A stretch of DNA of 59,473 bases from Chiloscyllium plagiosum. Lineage: Eukaryota. The stretch covers positions 106,943,945-107,003,417 of the forward strand of contig NC_057717.1 of the NCBI RefSeq assembly GCF_004010195.1. Direction: 5' to 3'. This document shows positions 46,486-59,473 of the stretch, piece after piece. Below the pieces are notes generated by a model. That model saw only the letters and a list, made by a program, of their open reading frames with translations, did not search any database and was not told the DNA's origin. A program made the translations under genes and the position numbers. Position 1 is the first letter of the stretch, and every line of letters starts with the position of its first letter.

Positions 46486-47570
46486 CTGTGGAGAAAATCA
46501 GAAAAACAAGTAAGTGCTTGTATAGGCATGGGGGTGATAGCTGCTTGCAAGATTGTGCAGACAGCATGCACACAAGATGGACAGAGACCAGACATGCTTT
46601 GAAAGAATGCAGATAGCAGACAGTGCATGGAAAGGATTATGACAGGCAATATTCACACATGAAGTGGAACTGCCAGTGTTGGACTGGGGTGGACAAGCTC
46701 AGAAGTCACATGACACCAGGTTTATTTGAAATCACAAGCTTTTGGAACGCTGCTCTTTTGTCAGGTAAAGGAGCAGCGCGCTGAAAGCTTGTGATTTCAA
46801 ATAAACCTGTTAGACTATACCCAGGTGTCATGTGGCTTCTGATAATATTCATCCAGATAGGATACACAGATAGCATTAAACAGGATAGACACAGACAGGA
46901 TACGTACAGACAACACCCAGACAGGATACAGTAGACAGGAAATACACACTCACAGCACGCAGACAGCTCCCAGAAAAGTACACGCAGACAGGAAACGAGC
47001 AAGTGTACAATGAGGTACATATACACACACACACACACATACACAATAAATTACGATGTGTAGAATTTCCACTGTTTGATTTGATTTTGGGATTGCACTA
47101 TTGTTGCACTTTATGAGATACCAAGTGATTGAGTGCTCCATAGTGTATCCATGGGGCCTTCAATTATCCTCCAAATGTACTTCTCTGCGCTGGCTCTGCA
47201 GTAACTCTTGGACAGAATCTGGTTACTGAGGTGCGTAGTTTGAGTGAGGAGGTTTTCCTTGTGTAGTCGTGGTGATGGTGGTCAGGGGTGGGGGCGATGC
47301 ACTGTGCCCCCACAATCACAAGTGTAGACATTGTGAAAACAAAAAAGAATCTGTTGGCATATTTTTTTTAAAAGGCTGCTGTTCCTATAACCCTATGAAA
47401 GTATCAGACAAACCATTAAATGATTGATAACGGAAATGTCAGACACTCCATACTTCTTAATCTTATCCAAATAAACATTGGGACATTGACAAAAGAGATC
47501 ACAGAAATGCAAAGACAATGAAGCTTGGCTGTAAGCTCAGACTAATCAAAGTACAGGTTGGCATACACTC

Positions 47571-47598
47571 CTGATGAAGGGCTCCTGCCCGAAACGTC
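47571..47598 (+). ncRNA. Minimal hammerhead ribozyme-like motif with intact core
   Basis: CTGATGA-A-GGGC-tcct-GCCC-GAAACGTC: core boxes, 4-bp helix II, palindromic ACGT helix III, GUC cleavage triplet; helix I is very short. Confidence 0.55.
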
Positions 47599-49443
47599 GA
47601 CTCTCCTGCTCCTCAGATGCTGCCTGACCTGCTATGCTTTTCCAGCACTGCACTTTTCAACAGGAGATTGTTTTAATGACTTTGCTAGATTGATGTCCTT
47701 GCAAGATCATAGTAAGTTATTCCTAGCGTGGAAGGAGCGTGGTTTAAGTTTTTTTTCAATTTCCCTTCCAAAGAGATTGCGGATGTAGACTAGTTCACAG
47801 CTGGGGCTCTGTGAACCATGAGCCATGGGCAAGCTGACCTGACTCTGTAGTAACTGCTGGAGACTAGGATGCATATCCCTATCCTGCACCACCAGAAATT
47901 GGAGGCACTGGGAATAGGGGTGGGAATTATGGAATTGGCCACTATTTGCTGTTTTTTACTCTGGGAAAATTCAGGACTTAGAGAGTCTGCACCATATTTC
48001 ATGCTCACTGCAGGCTGATATTGACCTTTCCAGGATGCAGAAGCTGTAATACCACAACCCCCTAGGGGAGTACAGTGCAAAGTTATAACTTCAGGGTTTC
48101 TCTTGCATTCAAGCAGATTACTCAAAACAACTACCCCATAACCTCACCCGAACAGAATTGTCTGAAAATTCACCCTCAGATGATCTACTGGGTTTCTCTG
48201 AGGGATTGATCAGAACTCTCCAGTAGGGGTAGACTGGGAATTCACTAGGAGGAGCTCAGCTCATCTTCCTAGTACCAGGCATTTCCATTGTTTCTCTGGG
48301 GTTCCTGCCAATGTTCCATCAAGATTATATCAGGACATTGAGATAATCCTGTGAAGATTTGAAACAAGCGTGTGTTTGGTGCAAGGGGACCAGGAGTCAC
48401 TAAGTTCATTTTCCAGCTGCTAACTCGGGTTAATCAGTAACAACTGACATTTTCCTGAACAAGCAGAGGCTAATCTAGTAAAAAGGAGCCCAAGGGAAAA
48501 ATTGATAAGAATCTGTAAAATTATGACTGTTCAGTAGAATGAATGCGGAGAAACTATTTCCGCTTGTGAGAACAACAGTACATAGATATTAATATCTTTT
48601 CATTCATTCACAGGATGAGGGTATCACTAACTAGGCTAACACTTGTTACCCATCCCTAATTACCCAGAGAGCAATTCAGAGTCAACCACATTACTGTGGG
48701 TCTGGACTCACATGTAATCCAGACCAGGTAAGGATGCCAGTTTCCTCTATGAAGGACATTAGTGAACTAGATGGGTTTTTTCGACAATCAAAAGTGGATT
48801 AGTGGCCATCAATAGATTCTTAATGTCAGATTTCTATGAAATTCAAATCTCACCATCTCCTGTTGTGGGGCTTTGAACCTGGTTGGCCTACACTTGAATC
48901 TAGATGCAGAGCAGTGTGGTTGACTCTGCGCAATAATCATTAACAGGTGGAATTAAAAATTTAGGAAGAATTATTTTAAAGAAAGAGAAAAAAAACTTAT
49001 ATTTGGATAACTCTTTTCGCAACATGGGATGTCCCAAAATGCTTTGTAACCAAAGAAACACTTTTGAACTGTAGCCAACACTTCAACATGAGGATGATGA
49101 AAGTGTGGAACTTGGTGCCACAAGAAGTGGTTAATGATAGCATTAATTGGGGGGGAGGTGTTTGATCAACACATGGGGGGAGATCTGAATAGGAAGTTTG
49201 AGAGCAGTGTGAAAGAGCTTAACAGGACTTGAGGAATTCGTTTGGAGTACAAGTATGGTTTAACCGGGCTGAATGGCCACTTGTACATTGTTGAATCAAT
49301 GAAACCTGTAACTTTGAACTACGCTTGTGATTGGGTGCTGTGATATTCTCATGAATTCACCTCAGTGAATCATAGAATCATTGATGGCTAGAGGACTGGT
49401 CCATACCCTGGGCTGTGGTTGCCTGAAGATATCTGGTACTCAC

Positions 49444-49514
49444 TTATTTGGGGGTCCTTGGGTGTTGGCCAGAACAGTGAAGTTGTTCCTCACACTGCGC
49501 AAACTCGCCAGGAT
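49444..49514 (-). CDS. PDE4A: PDE4 exon (ILASLRSVRNNFTVLANTQGPPNK, end of UCR1)
   Basis: 71 bp, tctcag| and |gtgagt, phase 0->2; LASLRSVRNNF is a PDE4 hallmark. Confidence 0.88.
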
Positions 49515-50429
49515 CTGAGAGGAAGACAGAAAGAGATAAAGTAATAGACATATGTCACAGACAGTTCTGGGTACATACAGAGTAAAGTTGCCTCTTCACT
49601 GTCCCCATCAAATACTCCCAGGACAGGCACAGAACCATGTTGGAAACAGAGTAAAGCTCCTTCCGCATTTTCCCAATAATGTGTTTTCACTCCATGTTCA
49701 GCACAGCACCCTTTTTTAAACCATTGGGGTATTTTCCAATTACAAATCAAATATACAAGAATGACAATTGGAAACTTCAGTTACCCTAATAAAGACTGGA
49801 AAAAGAAAAGCAAAAGGCAAAGAGGTTAGTAACTCCTGAAATTCATTTTGAGGACTTTTAAAATTGATGCAGAATTTCTATTTTGTGGATGGTATGCAAT
49901 TTGGAAGCATCCTGAGCTGTAAGAAGGTTAGTGCAGAACTTCATGAAGTCACAAACACGTTGATGGGGTGAATTGACAATTAGCATATTAAATTTAATGC
50001 AGAGAAGTATGAAGTGATTTATCTCGTAGGAAGAATGTAGATATACAATATACAACAGGTAGTACGGTTCGGAAAGTGTACAAGAGTGGAGGGATATATT
50101 AAAATAGCAGGTGGATTCAGAGCATGGGCTAGTAAAAGCAATTACGTTATATTAACCTTGTATAAAACATTAGAATATTGCATTAGGATATTCTGAAGAA
50201 ATGTCATACTGACTCTCTCCACGCATGCTGTCAGATTTGATGAGTTACTCCAGCAATTTCTGTTTTTATTTCTGATCTCCAGCCTCTGCAATATTTTGCT
50301 TTCATCACAGATTTAAGGTGATTGGCAAAAGGACAGGAGTAATATGAATGGAAACCTCTTCACAGAGTGAGTGGTTACAGTTTGGGATGCCTGACAGACT
50401 GTGATGGAGGCAGGTTCACTCGAATGGTT

Positions 50430-53400
50430 AGACCCAGAAGCTATAGGAGCAGAATTAAACCACTCAACCTACCAAGTGTACTCTGCCATTCAATCCTGGC
50501 TGATATGTTTCTCAACTTCATTCTGCTGCCTTCATTCCCTCCCTCCAAAACCTTCGATCCCCTTTCCAATCAAAAACCTATCTATCTCTGTGTTAAATAC
50601 ACTCATGCCTTGACCTCCACAGCGCTCTGCAACAATGAGTTCCACACAGTCACCATCCTTTGGTTGAAAGAATTCATCCTCACCTCAGTTCTAAAAGGTC
50701 ATTCCCACACTCTGAGGGTGTGCCCTTGGGTCGTAGTCTCTGCTAGTAGTAGAAACATCTTAACCATATCTACTCTATCCAGGCTTCTCGGTATTCTGTA
50801 AGTTTGAATGAAATACCTCCTCAGCTTTCTAAATTTCACTGAGGGCAGACTCAGAGTCCTCAACAGCTCTTTAACCCCTTCATTTTCGGGATAATTCTTG
50901 TGAACATGCTCTGGACCCCCTCCAAGGCGAGCACATCCTTCCTTAAATACTGGGGCCAAAACTGCTCATTGTATTCCAAATGTGGTCTGACCAGAGCCTT
51001 ATACAGCCTCAGCAGTACATCTTGCCTTCCAGTACTCTTGAAATGAATGTAAACGTTGTATTTGTCTTCCTTACTGGCAACTGAACTAATCATCTTTTAA
51101 AATCCTGAACTAGGACTCCTAACTCCCTTTGTGCTTCTGATTTCTGAAAAGTTTCCCCATTGAGAAAACAGTCGCCATCTTATGCAGGGAGAAAGTGTGG
51201 AACTGCAGATGTTGGAGATCAGAGTCAAAAGGTGTGGTGATGGAAAAGCAGGTCAGGCAGCATCCGAAGAGCAGGAGAGTCAATGTTTCGAGCATAAGCT
51301 CTTCATCCTTTATTCCCTTGAACTTCCCCATCTCCTTCTCCTTCGTGATGGCCACTACACTCACCTCTGCCTCCTGACTATGCTACTGGTGTCTTCCACT
51401 GTGAAGACTGATGCAGGAGGATATAGATAAACTGGAGAGTTGAGCAGAAAAGTGGCAGATAGAGTCCAATCCAGACAAATGTGAGGTGATGCATTTAGGT
51501 AATTATACATTGAATGGAAGAGCCTTGGGAAAAGTTGATGGGCAGAGAGATCTGGGAGTGCAGGTCCACTGTACCCTGAAGGTTGCTGCACAGATAGATA
51601 GAGTGGTCAAGAAGGCATATCGTATGCTTGCCTTCATTGGACGGGGTATTGAGTATAAGAGCTGGCAAGTCATGTTAAAATTGTACAAGATATTGGTTCG
51701 GCCGCATTTGGAATACTATGTACAGTTCTGGGCGCCACATTACCAAAAGGATGTGGATGATTTGGAGAGGGTGCAGAGAAGGTTTATGAGGATGTTGCCT
51801 GGTATGGAAGGGGCTAGCTATGAAGAGAGTTTGAGTAGGTTAGGTTTGTTTTCATTAGAAAAAGGAGATCAAGGGGGACCTGATTGAGGTTTACAAAATC
51901 ATTAAGGGTATAGACAGGGTGGATAGCGATAAGCTTTTTCCCAGGGTGAAGGATTCAATAACGAGAGGTGGAAAGTTTAAGGGGGAAACACATGGCAAGT
52001 ACTTCACACAGAGGGTCGTGGGCATTTGGAACGCGTTGCCAGCAGAGGTGGTAGAGGCAGGCACGGTAGATTCATTTAAGATGCGTTTGGACAGATGCAT
52101 GAGTAGGTGGGGAGCAGAGGGATACAAATGCACAGGAATTGACTGACAGGTTTAGACAGTACATTTGGATCGGTTCAGGCTTGGAGGGCTGAAGGATTCT
52201 GTTCCTAGGCTGTAAATTTTCTTTGTTCTTCGTTCTAAAGTATCGATTCAGCTCCTTCACCATTTCTTCATTGCTCAGCCTCATTATCCAGTGGTCCAAT
52301 GTCTGCTCTTGCCTCACTCATACCTTTTATATATCTAAAAAAACTCTTGCAACCTTTCATGTTATGAGTTAGCTTACCCTCATATTTCATTTTTTCCCTC
52401 CTCTCCTCTTATTGCTTTTTTTAGTTACCCTCTGCTGGTTTTTAAAGGCTTTCCAATCCTCTATCTTCCCACTAACCTTCACCACAATGTGTGATTTTTC
52501 TTTTATTTTTATGTTGTCCCTGACTTCCCTTGTCAATCACAGTTGCCTCATCCTCCCCCTGGTGTGATTCTTCTTCCTTGGGATGAATGTCTTCTAAGCC
52601 TCCCAAATTACCCCAGAAATTCCAACCATTGCTGCTCCATTAATTTCCTTGCTAGGCCCCTTTTCCAATCAACTTTGACCAGCTCCTCCCTTATGTCTCT
52701 GTCGTTATCTTTACTCAATCGTAATACTGGCTTCTCCTTCTCACACTGTGGGGTGAGTTCTACCATGTTATGGTCAGTGCTCCATTAGGGGTTCCTTCAC
52801 TTTAAGCTCCCTAATCAAATCTGCCTTATTACACATCACCGAATCCAGAATTGCCTGTTCCCTAGTGGGCTCTACGACAAGCTGCTCCAAAAAAAACCTC
52901 ATAGACATTCCACAAATATCTTTGGTTTGGATCTGCTGCCAACCTGATTTTCCCATTCCACCTGCATATTGAAGTTTTCCCATGATTACTGTCTTTTCTG
53001 CTCCACAACCTGACTATTGCTAGGAAGCCTGTACGTAACTTCCAACAGGGTATTTTTTTCTTTGCAGTTCCTCAACTCTACCTACACAGTTTCTATGACC
53101 CCAATCTACCTATTGCACTCTCAGCTATCTTTCCCCCAGCCCCACCCCCTCCCACTTATCACTCCACTCCCTCGGCTCCCAGCCTCATTCCTGATGAAGA
53201 GCTCATGCCCAAAACATTGATTCTCCTGCTCCTCGGATGCTGCCTGACCCGCTGTGTTTTGCCAGCACCACACTCTCGACTCTGATCTCCAGCATCTGCA
53301 GTCCTCACTTCCTCTACACAGTTTCTATGCCTTCTGACCCTAAATTACTCCTTGCTATTAATGTCTTACTAAAAAGGCAACTCTTTCCCCTCTGCCATCT

Positions 53401-53450
53401 GCCTGTCCTTCCCATGGGGCACATATCCTTGGAATCCTTAGACTGGAATG
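50430..53450. mobile_element. Nested CR1 cluster: minus-strand CR1 split by a plus-strand CR1 (~51420-52235) and short hammerhead-type elements (~51188-51310, 53098-53313)
   Basis: LYKALVRPHLEY (minus), LYKILVRPHLEYYVQFWAP (plus), PTREQAILD.V.CN (minus). Confidence 0.85.
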
Positions 53451-53799
53451 TACTACCTAAGAGGAAGGCAGCACCAGAGTCACTCATGTAGTTAGGGTCT
53501 GGACTATACTGTCAGTGAGACTGGTGGAGTCAGGTTCTTTTGAGTAGTTAGTGTCTGGACTGCGCTGTCTGAGAGTGGTCGAGGCAGGTTCAATGAAGGT
53601 TTCAAGAAGAAATTGGATAGCTGTCTGAAAAGGAAAAATATGCAACAGGGAGAAAGTGGGAGAGTGTACAAAGTGATCTGCTCATTTGGTGAGCTAGACC
53701 ATACTCAACGGGTAAACAGTCTTTGGCTGTAACAATCCAATGGCACTGTGAGGTAGTATAGGGTAGTTATGGAAACGAACAAAGAACATTAAAAGATGA

Positions 53800-56250
53800 A
53801 GATATTGATCTGAAAGAGGGATAATTTCATTTAAAAGGTACCTAGTTCAGGTGTGCTGTAGTCAAAGATTAAAAGGTAGAGCAATAAATCAGCAATAAAA
53901 CGATTTCAAATAGGAAATAGTTTAGATACAAATTAAATAGATTCCGGAGGGGAAAAGGAAGTGAATCAAAAAGTTCACCACCCTGGAGGAGACGAGACAT
54001 AGAGATTAAACATGCAACAGGAAGAGGGGTTTAATGATATATAGAGAGGTGAAGAATTATAAACCCTGAATGATTGAATTTCAGAGAACTGGAAAAGGAA
54101 AGATGGAGGCGAAGAAGAATATATGAGACAGGATTAGCAGAGAACCAAAACAACCTTTAGACTCTTTCCCAAACACAAGTCTAGTTAAAGAAAGGGTGTA
54201 TCATCTTCTGGAGGCAGAGAGAATGATTGAGGTCTGGATGAATACTTTGCATCTGTCCCTGCAATATCACAGTACAGGAGCTGGAAAGGGGTGAAGAAAT
54301 TTGATTCAATAAAAATAAGAGGGTATTTAAATAGTTGGCGGGACTTCAAAATAGAAAAGTCACCCAACACAAATAGACACATCCTCAGTTACTGCGGAGG
54401 GCATGGTTCGAGCAATAATCTTTCATTCCTTCTTGGAAATTTAAGTGATGCCAGAGAATTGCTGGATTGCAAATGTTGTATGTTGTTTAAGAAAGGGGAG
54501 ATGGAATAGAACTGGCAACTTCAGGCCAGTCAACTTAAAGGCAGTGGTCGATAACTGACTAGTGACCAGAAACTGGACAAAATTTATGTTTGCTTTGAGA
54601 AATATACATTAATAAATAACAGCTGATCATTTTATACACAGACTATCAGAAGTGTTTGACAGTGTATTGAGTAATAGACTAGTCAGCAACATTGAAGTTG
54701 AAAAGCACAGCAAGTCAGGCAGCATCTGAGGAGCAAGAGAATTGACGTTTCTAGCATTAATCCCATTGGCTTCAATTTGGGTTTAAGAGGAAATGACATC
54801 ATGGACGCACATTTGGCTAAGGGACAGAAAGCAGGGAGTAATATTGGAACACATGATTTCAGACATATACCGTTGTGTTCCATCGGGGCCAATATTAGAG
54901 ACACTGCTCTTTTTGATTTTTATAAGTGAGCTGGACTTGGGTGTAGAGAACCTAACTTCAAAGTTTTCAGATTACTCAATGCTCATAAATGCAGTGAACA
55001 ATGAGGTGAGTGGAAAACCTCAGGAAGTCATGGTCCCATGTGCAGAACCTTGGTACAGCTTTGCTCTCCTTATCTGAGGAAAGAGATCCTGACTGAAGAG
55101 GGAATGCAACAAGGGTTTACTAGACTTCTTCCTGGGACGACAGGATTGATGTATGAAGAGAGATGGATTGGTTAGAAAAATGGTTGGAGTTTAGAAAAAT
55201 GAGGGGGATCTCACAGAAACCTATAAAAAACACAGAGAGTTTGAAGTCTAGAACCAAGGGCCACAGCCTACGGATATGGAGTATTTAGGAATGAGATGAG
55301 AAGAAAATTCTTCATCCAGAGAGTGGAAAGCCTGTGGAATTTTCTGCTACAGAAAGTGGTTGATGCCAAAATAGTGAATGTTTTCAAGAAGGACATGGAT
55401 ATAGTTTTTAGAATTAAAGGGATCAAAGCATATGTGGGGAGAAAGTGGGAACAGGGGACCGAGTTGGATGATCAGCCATGATTATATTAAACAGCAGAGC
55501 AGACTCAAAAGGCCGACTGGCCTCCTCCTGCTCCTGTTTTTTGTGTTTCCATGGCTGTGAAGTAAACTACACGTGGCCATTGAAATTTACATTCAGAAGT
55601 GTGACAGTGTGTATTTTGGAAGGAAGAATAAGGAGAGCCAATTTTTTTATTGGTGTAACTTTAAACAGATGCAACAACAGACAGATATAGCTACATATGT
55701 ACATTTTTGAAAGTACTAGGACAAGTTGGGAAGACTGTTAAAAAGCATGCAGGTTTCTTGGGTTTATACACAGAAGCATTGATTATAAAAACAATAAGTT
55801 GTGCTAAGTGTATGTAAAACACTGGTTAGACCACCATTGGAAGATAGTGTCCAATTTTGAGCACTGCACTTTATAAATGATGTCAAGTCCTGAGGAGATT
55901 TGTTAGAATGGTGCTGAAGAGAGAGATTTCAGAACCATGGAGAGGCAGGGATTGCGCAGATAGAGCAGAGATGGTTGAGGAAAGAGTTAAATGAAGCTTC
56001 CAAACTTATACGCAGTTTGGGTAAAGTAAATAAGCTGATGCTATTTCTAGAGGATTGTTAACCTGAGCGCACAGATTGAAGGTTGGCAAGAGAATCAGAG
56101 GAAATGGGAAGAATTTGTTACACAGCAATCAATGATGTGGAATGCACTGTCGAACAGGATAATATAGCAGATTTAATAGTAACTTTGAAAAGGGAATTGG
56201 AAAACTACTTGAAAAGGAAATGTGCTATAGAATAGGGCAGCAGGATTAAT
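53800..56250 (+). mobile_element. Highly degenerate CR1 remnants
   Basis: VPSGPIL..LLFLIFISELD and FFIQRVESLWN motifs. Confidence 0.7.
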
Positions 56251-56393
56251 TGTACGGCTACTTTGTGTTGTGTCATTAGGAAGTACAAGAGATTCTAATT
56301 TCATTTGTGATTTTCTTAAGAACATTGTGGCAGCACAGTAAGAGACAGAGAGAACGACAGTCAGATTGTAAGAAGTTGGCTAGCTTAACTCAC

Positions 56394-56430
56394 CTGAGCA
56401 AAAGGAGTGACAATGAGGTCCTCAGTATGT
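56394..56430 (-). CDS. PDE4A: PDE4 exon (HTEDLIVTPFAQ, UCR1)
   Basis: 37 bp, tttcag| and |gtgagt; hallmark DLIVTPFAQ; the ED is PDE4A-like (HAEDLIV) rather than the HGDDLIV of PDE4B/D. Confidence 0.88.
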
Positions 56431-56584
56431 CTGAAAGAAAAACACATGAGTTCAGAACGTGGATCAAAAACCAAAACATCCCAACAGAAGTCAGATATAC
56501 CTGCCTGGAATTCTTGATAAAACTGGTCAAAAATTGGAAGTGCCACCCATGAAGACGACATTTCCCATATTCATATCAGACTTA

Positions 56585-57905
56585 GCTGCAGGAGTAGGCA
56601 ATTTAGCCCTTCGAGCCCACACCACCATTTAACAGGATCATGGCCGATCTTACCTTGGTCTCAACTCCACTCTTGTACCTGCTTCCCGTAGCACTTTATC
56701 CCACTTTTCATCAGAAACGTATTTATTTCTTTCTTGAATCTGTTGATTGATTCTGCCTCCGCTGCACTCTGGGGCACAGTTCCACAGATTCACAACCCTC
56801 TCAGAGAAGGAGTTTCTCCTCACCTCAGTTTTGAACCTACCTCCTCTCAGTCCAAATCTTGTTTGAGCCTGTCCCACAAGAGGGAAACGCCTGTTCAACA
56901 TCCACCTTATCAATCCCCTTTAGCATTTGATATCCCTCAATCAGAACTTCCCTCATCTTTCTGACCTCCAGTGAGTACAAGCCAAGCTGTTCAACCAGCC
57001 CTTTGTACACCAGCCCTTTGTACACCAGCCCCTTGTACACCAGCCCCTTGTACACCAGCTCCTTGTACACCAGCCCTTTCATCCCTGGCATCAACCTGGT
57101 GACCCTCCTCTGAACTGCCTCCAGTGCCACCACATCCTTCCTCAAGTAAGGAGGCCAAATCTGGACACAGTACTCCAGGTGTGGTCTCACCAATGCCTTA
57201 TATAATTGTAACAATACTTTTTAACTTTCATAATCCAGTCCTTTTGCAATAAATGCCAAAATTCCATTTGCCTTTTCTATTATATGCTGCATCTGCAAAC
57301 CCACTTTCTGTGATTCATGCACAAAGACACCCAGATCCCTCTGCACTGATGTACTTTGAATCTGATTCCCATTTAAATAATAATTTGCCCTTTTATTTTT
57401 CTAGCTAAAATAGACAACCTCACACCTATCTACATCAAACTCCATCTGCCAGATTCGGGTCTATTCTCTTAGCCTATCAATATCCACCTGTAAACTCTTT
57501 ACCTCCTCATCATAGCCCACATTTTCCCACCTATTTTAGTATCATCTGTGAATTTTACGATGTTACACTTGGTCTCTGCTTGGAGATCATTTTACAGATT
57601 GTAAATAGATGTGGTCTGAGAAATGAACCATATGGCACCCACTTGTTAGAGTTTGCCATCCAGAGCACCCATTTATCCTGACCCTCTGCTTTCTGTCAGT
57701 CAGCAAGTCCTGTATTCAAGCCAATAGTCTATCTTTAACTTTTGGGATCTAACCTTCTGGATCAGTCTTTTATGTCAAATGCTTCCTGGAAATCTAAATA
57801 TACCGCATCCACCAGATCCCCATTATCCATTTTGCTGGTTACATCCTCAAAGAACTGCAGCAAGTTTGGTGAGCATGACTTGCCCTTCATTAAGCTGTGC
57901 TGACA
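56585..57905 (-). mobile_element. CR1 LINE RT/3' portion
   Basis: MLQLYKALVRPHLEYCVQIWPP, LEAVQRRVTRL, FSERVVNLWN. Confidence 0.88.
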
Positions 57906-58556
57906 CTGGTGAATGACATTTCCATTTTCATTTTGTGTGTTGAATCATGATTCACACAGGCCTGTATCACAGAGACAGCTGTTCATTTACATTAGCAGAG
58001 TAAGACCAGAAAAAGCAGATCAAAACTTTGTCCTTTTATTTGGAAACCGGGATACCCTTCAAATATGGTCCCAAACACCTTCTGGGGGGTGGGTATGGTG
58101 CCTTTTGGATTTTTAAAGTACACTTCATTGTTTGTTTAAAAAGGCATAAACTTATTAAATGTCAAGGAACTATCAACAGACCGGTCAGAATTAACTGACA
58201 AACCTCACAAGAAGGCCTGTGAAAAGCAGCTATGAATGGACCTATCAAACTGTCAAAGCAGTTAAATGTTCTGCTTCTTAAATCTTTGAACAGTATGTCT
58301 CCTTGTTAAAACAAACACTGTTTGCTACTATATTCCATCATAAGCCCTAGGGTCTACGTAATTGGAAAAATGAGAGACATTTTATGGTCTTTAAAATCTT
58401 TTCAGACACAGTGCCAAAGCCTCAAGCCAGGACACCTGCTCACAATACCTTCCTCCTGTCCCAACATCAGATCTAGCCCACCCGTAGAAACTGAAAATCT
58501 GATGTCTGGGTAGTTATTTTTAAAAGTCAAGTCACAGAGTTGAAAAGCATGGTATT

Positions 58557-59247
58557 TGCATTTGACTTGCAGACCAAAATATGAGTCACAATTTATCAAC
58601 AGAATGGGCTTTGGACTGAGTTAGAAAGCGAGAGCGAGATAAAATTTGAGGACATTTGTCTGCAACACCTTGGGATGTTCTACTTTGTTAAAGGTGCTAC
58701 ACAAATGCAAGCTGGTATTGGCAGAGGGAGAGAAATAGAGTAAGATAAAGTAAGAGGGCATCAGAGAACTGACTGAGGCAGTAAGGGATAGAGACAAGAT
58801 GAAGAAAGAGATACAGACAGAGACAGACAGCAATACAGAGATTTACTCAGGTGACACCAAAGTAAAGAGGCTTTAGCTATGAAGACATACTCATGTCGAT
58901 AGTCTCTACTCACTACAACAGTGAAGGAGGGAGGGGAGAATCTGATTTAAATCTTTATCTGTACTTCCTGCACCTCTTGTATCTGTAGAATTCCTGCTCC
59001 CTGTCTCTCTGTATCTCCTGTATCTGTTTATTCCATGCAGCTCCTATATCTGATGTGTTCCTCTTCCCAGTCTCTGTGTATCACCTGTATCTGCCCTGAT
59101 TTCTGTGGCTCCTGTATCTGTTGTGGTCCCCTGCCCTGTCTCTCTGTATCTGTCTAATTCCTGTAGCTCCTGTAGCTTTATAACTCTGTCCAACACCTAT
59201 TCTGTTGATAATTTGTGACTCATATTTTGGACTGCAAGTCAAATGCA
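58557..59247. repeat. 49-bp inverted repeat pair ~590 bp apart (MITE/fold-back-like)
   Basis: 58557-58605 vs 59199-59247: 47/49 identical as reverse complements. Confidence 0.8.
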
Positions 59248-59258
59248 CATTATTCCTG

Positions 59259-59473
59259 ATAGAGTCATAGACTCATAGAGATGTACAGCATGGAAACAGA
59301 CCCTTCGGTCCAACCCGTCCATGCCGACCAGGTATCCCAACCCAATCTAGTCCCACCTGCCAGCACCCGGCCCATATCCCTCCAAATCCTTCCTATTCAT
59401 ATACCCATCCAAATGCCTCTTAAATGTTGCAATTGTACCAGCCTCCGCCACTTCCTCTGGCAGCTCATTCCAT
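59259..59473 (-). mobile_element. CR1 LINE 3' end (young subfamily)
   Basis: Near-identical to 44403-44600 and 770-970; (ctatgact)n tail. Confidence 0.9.

Overview
Repeat-rich vertebrate genomic DNA, inferred to be from a shark because of HE1/V-type SINEs, dense CR1 LINEs and shark-type minisatellites. There are four N gaps. Two spliced genes can be read on the minus strand. (1) Four internal UCR1/UCR2 exons of a cAMP phosphodiesterase 4, best matching PDE4A, at 56394-56430, 49444-49514, 46442-46485 and 42506-42618. (2) Most of a tall class I (gp130/IL-12R family) cytokine receptor: signal peptide, cytokine-binding module with WSEWS, FN3 domains, transmembrane helix and no Ig exon. It best resembles IL27RA/WSX-1. 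Eleven coding exons are visible between 31828 and 3091, one is predicted to lie in an N gap, and the cytoplasmic exons fall left of the window. A compact ETS/IRF/STAT motif cluster at about 33.1-33.2 kb marks its probable promoter. No PDE4 catalytic-domain exon is visible downstream of 42506, so the receptor appears nested on the same strand in a PDE4A intron, although a 500-N gap leaves this unproven. The introns contain Penelope-like (GIY-YIG) elements and many short derivatives with minimal hammerhead-ribozyme motifs, 12-16 bp target-site duplications and fold-back structure. Family and orthologue calls come from recalled protein motifs, not database searches. Repeat boundaries are approximate.
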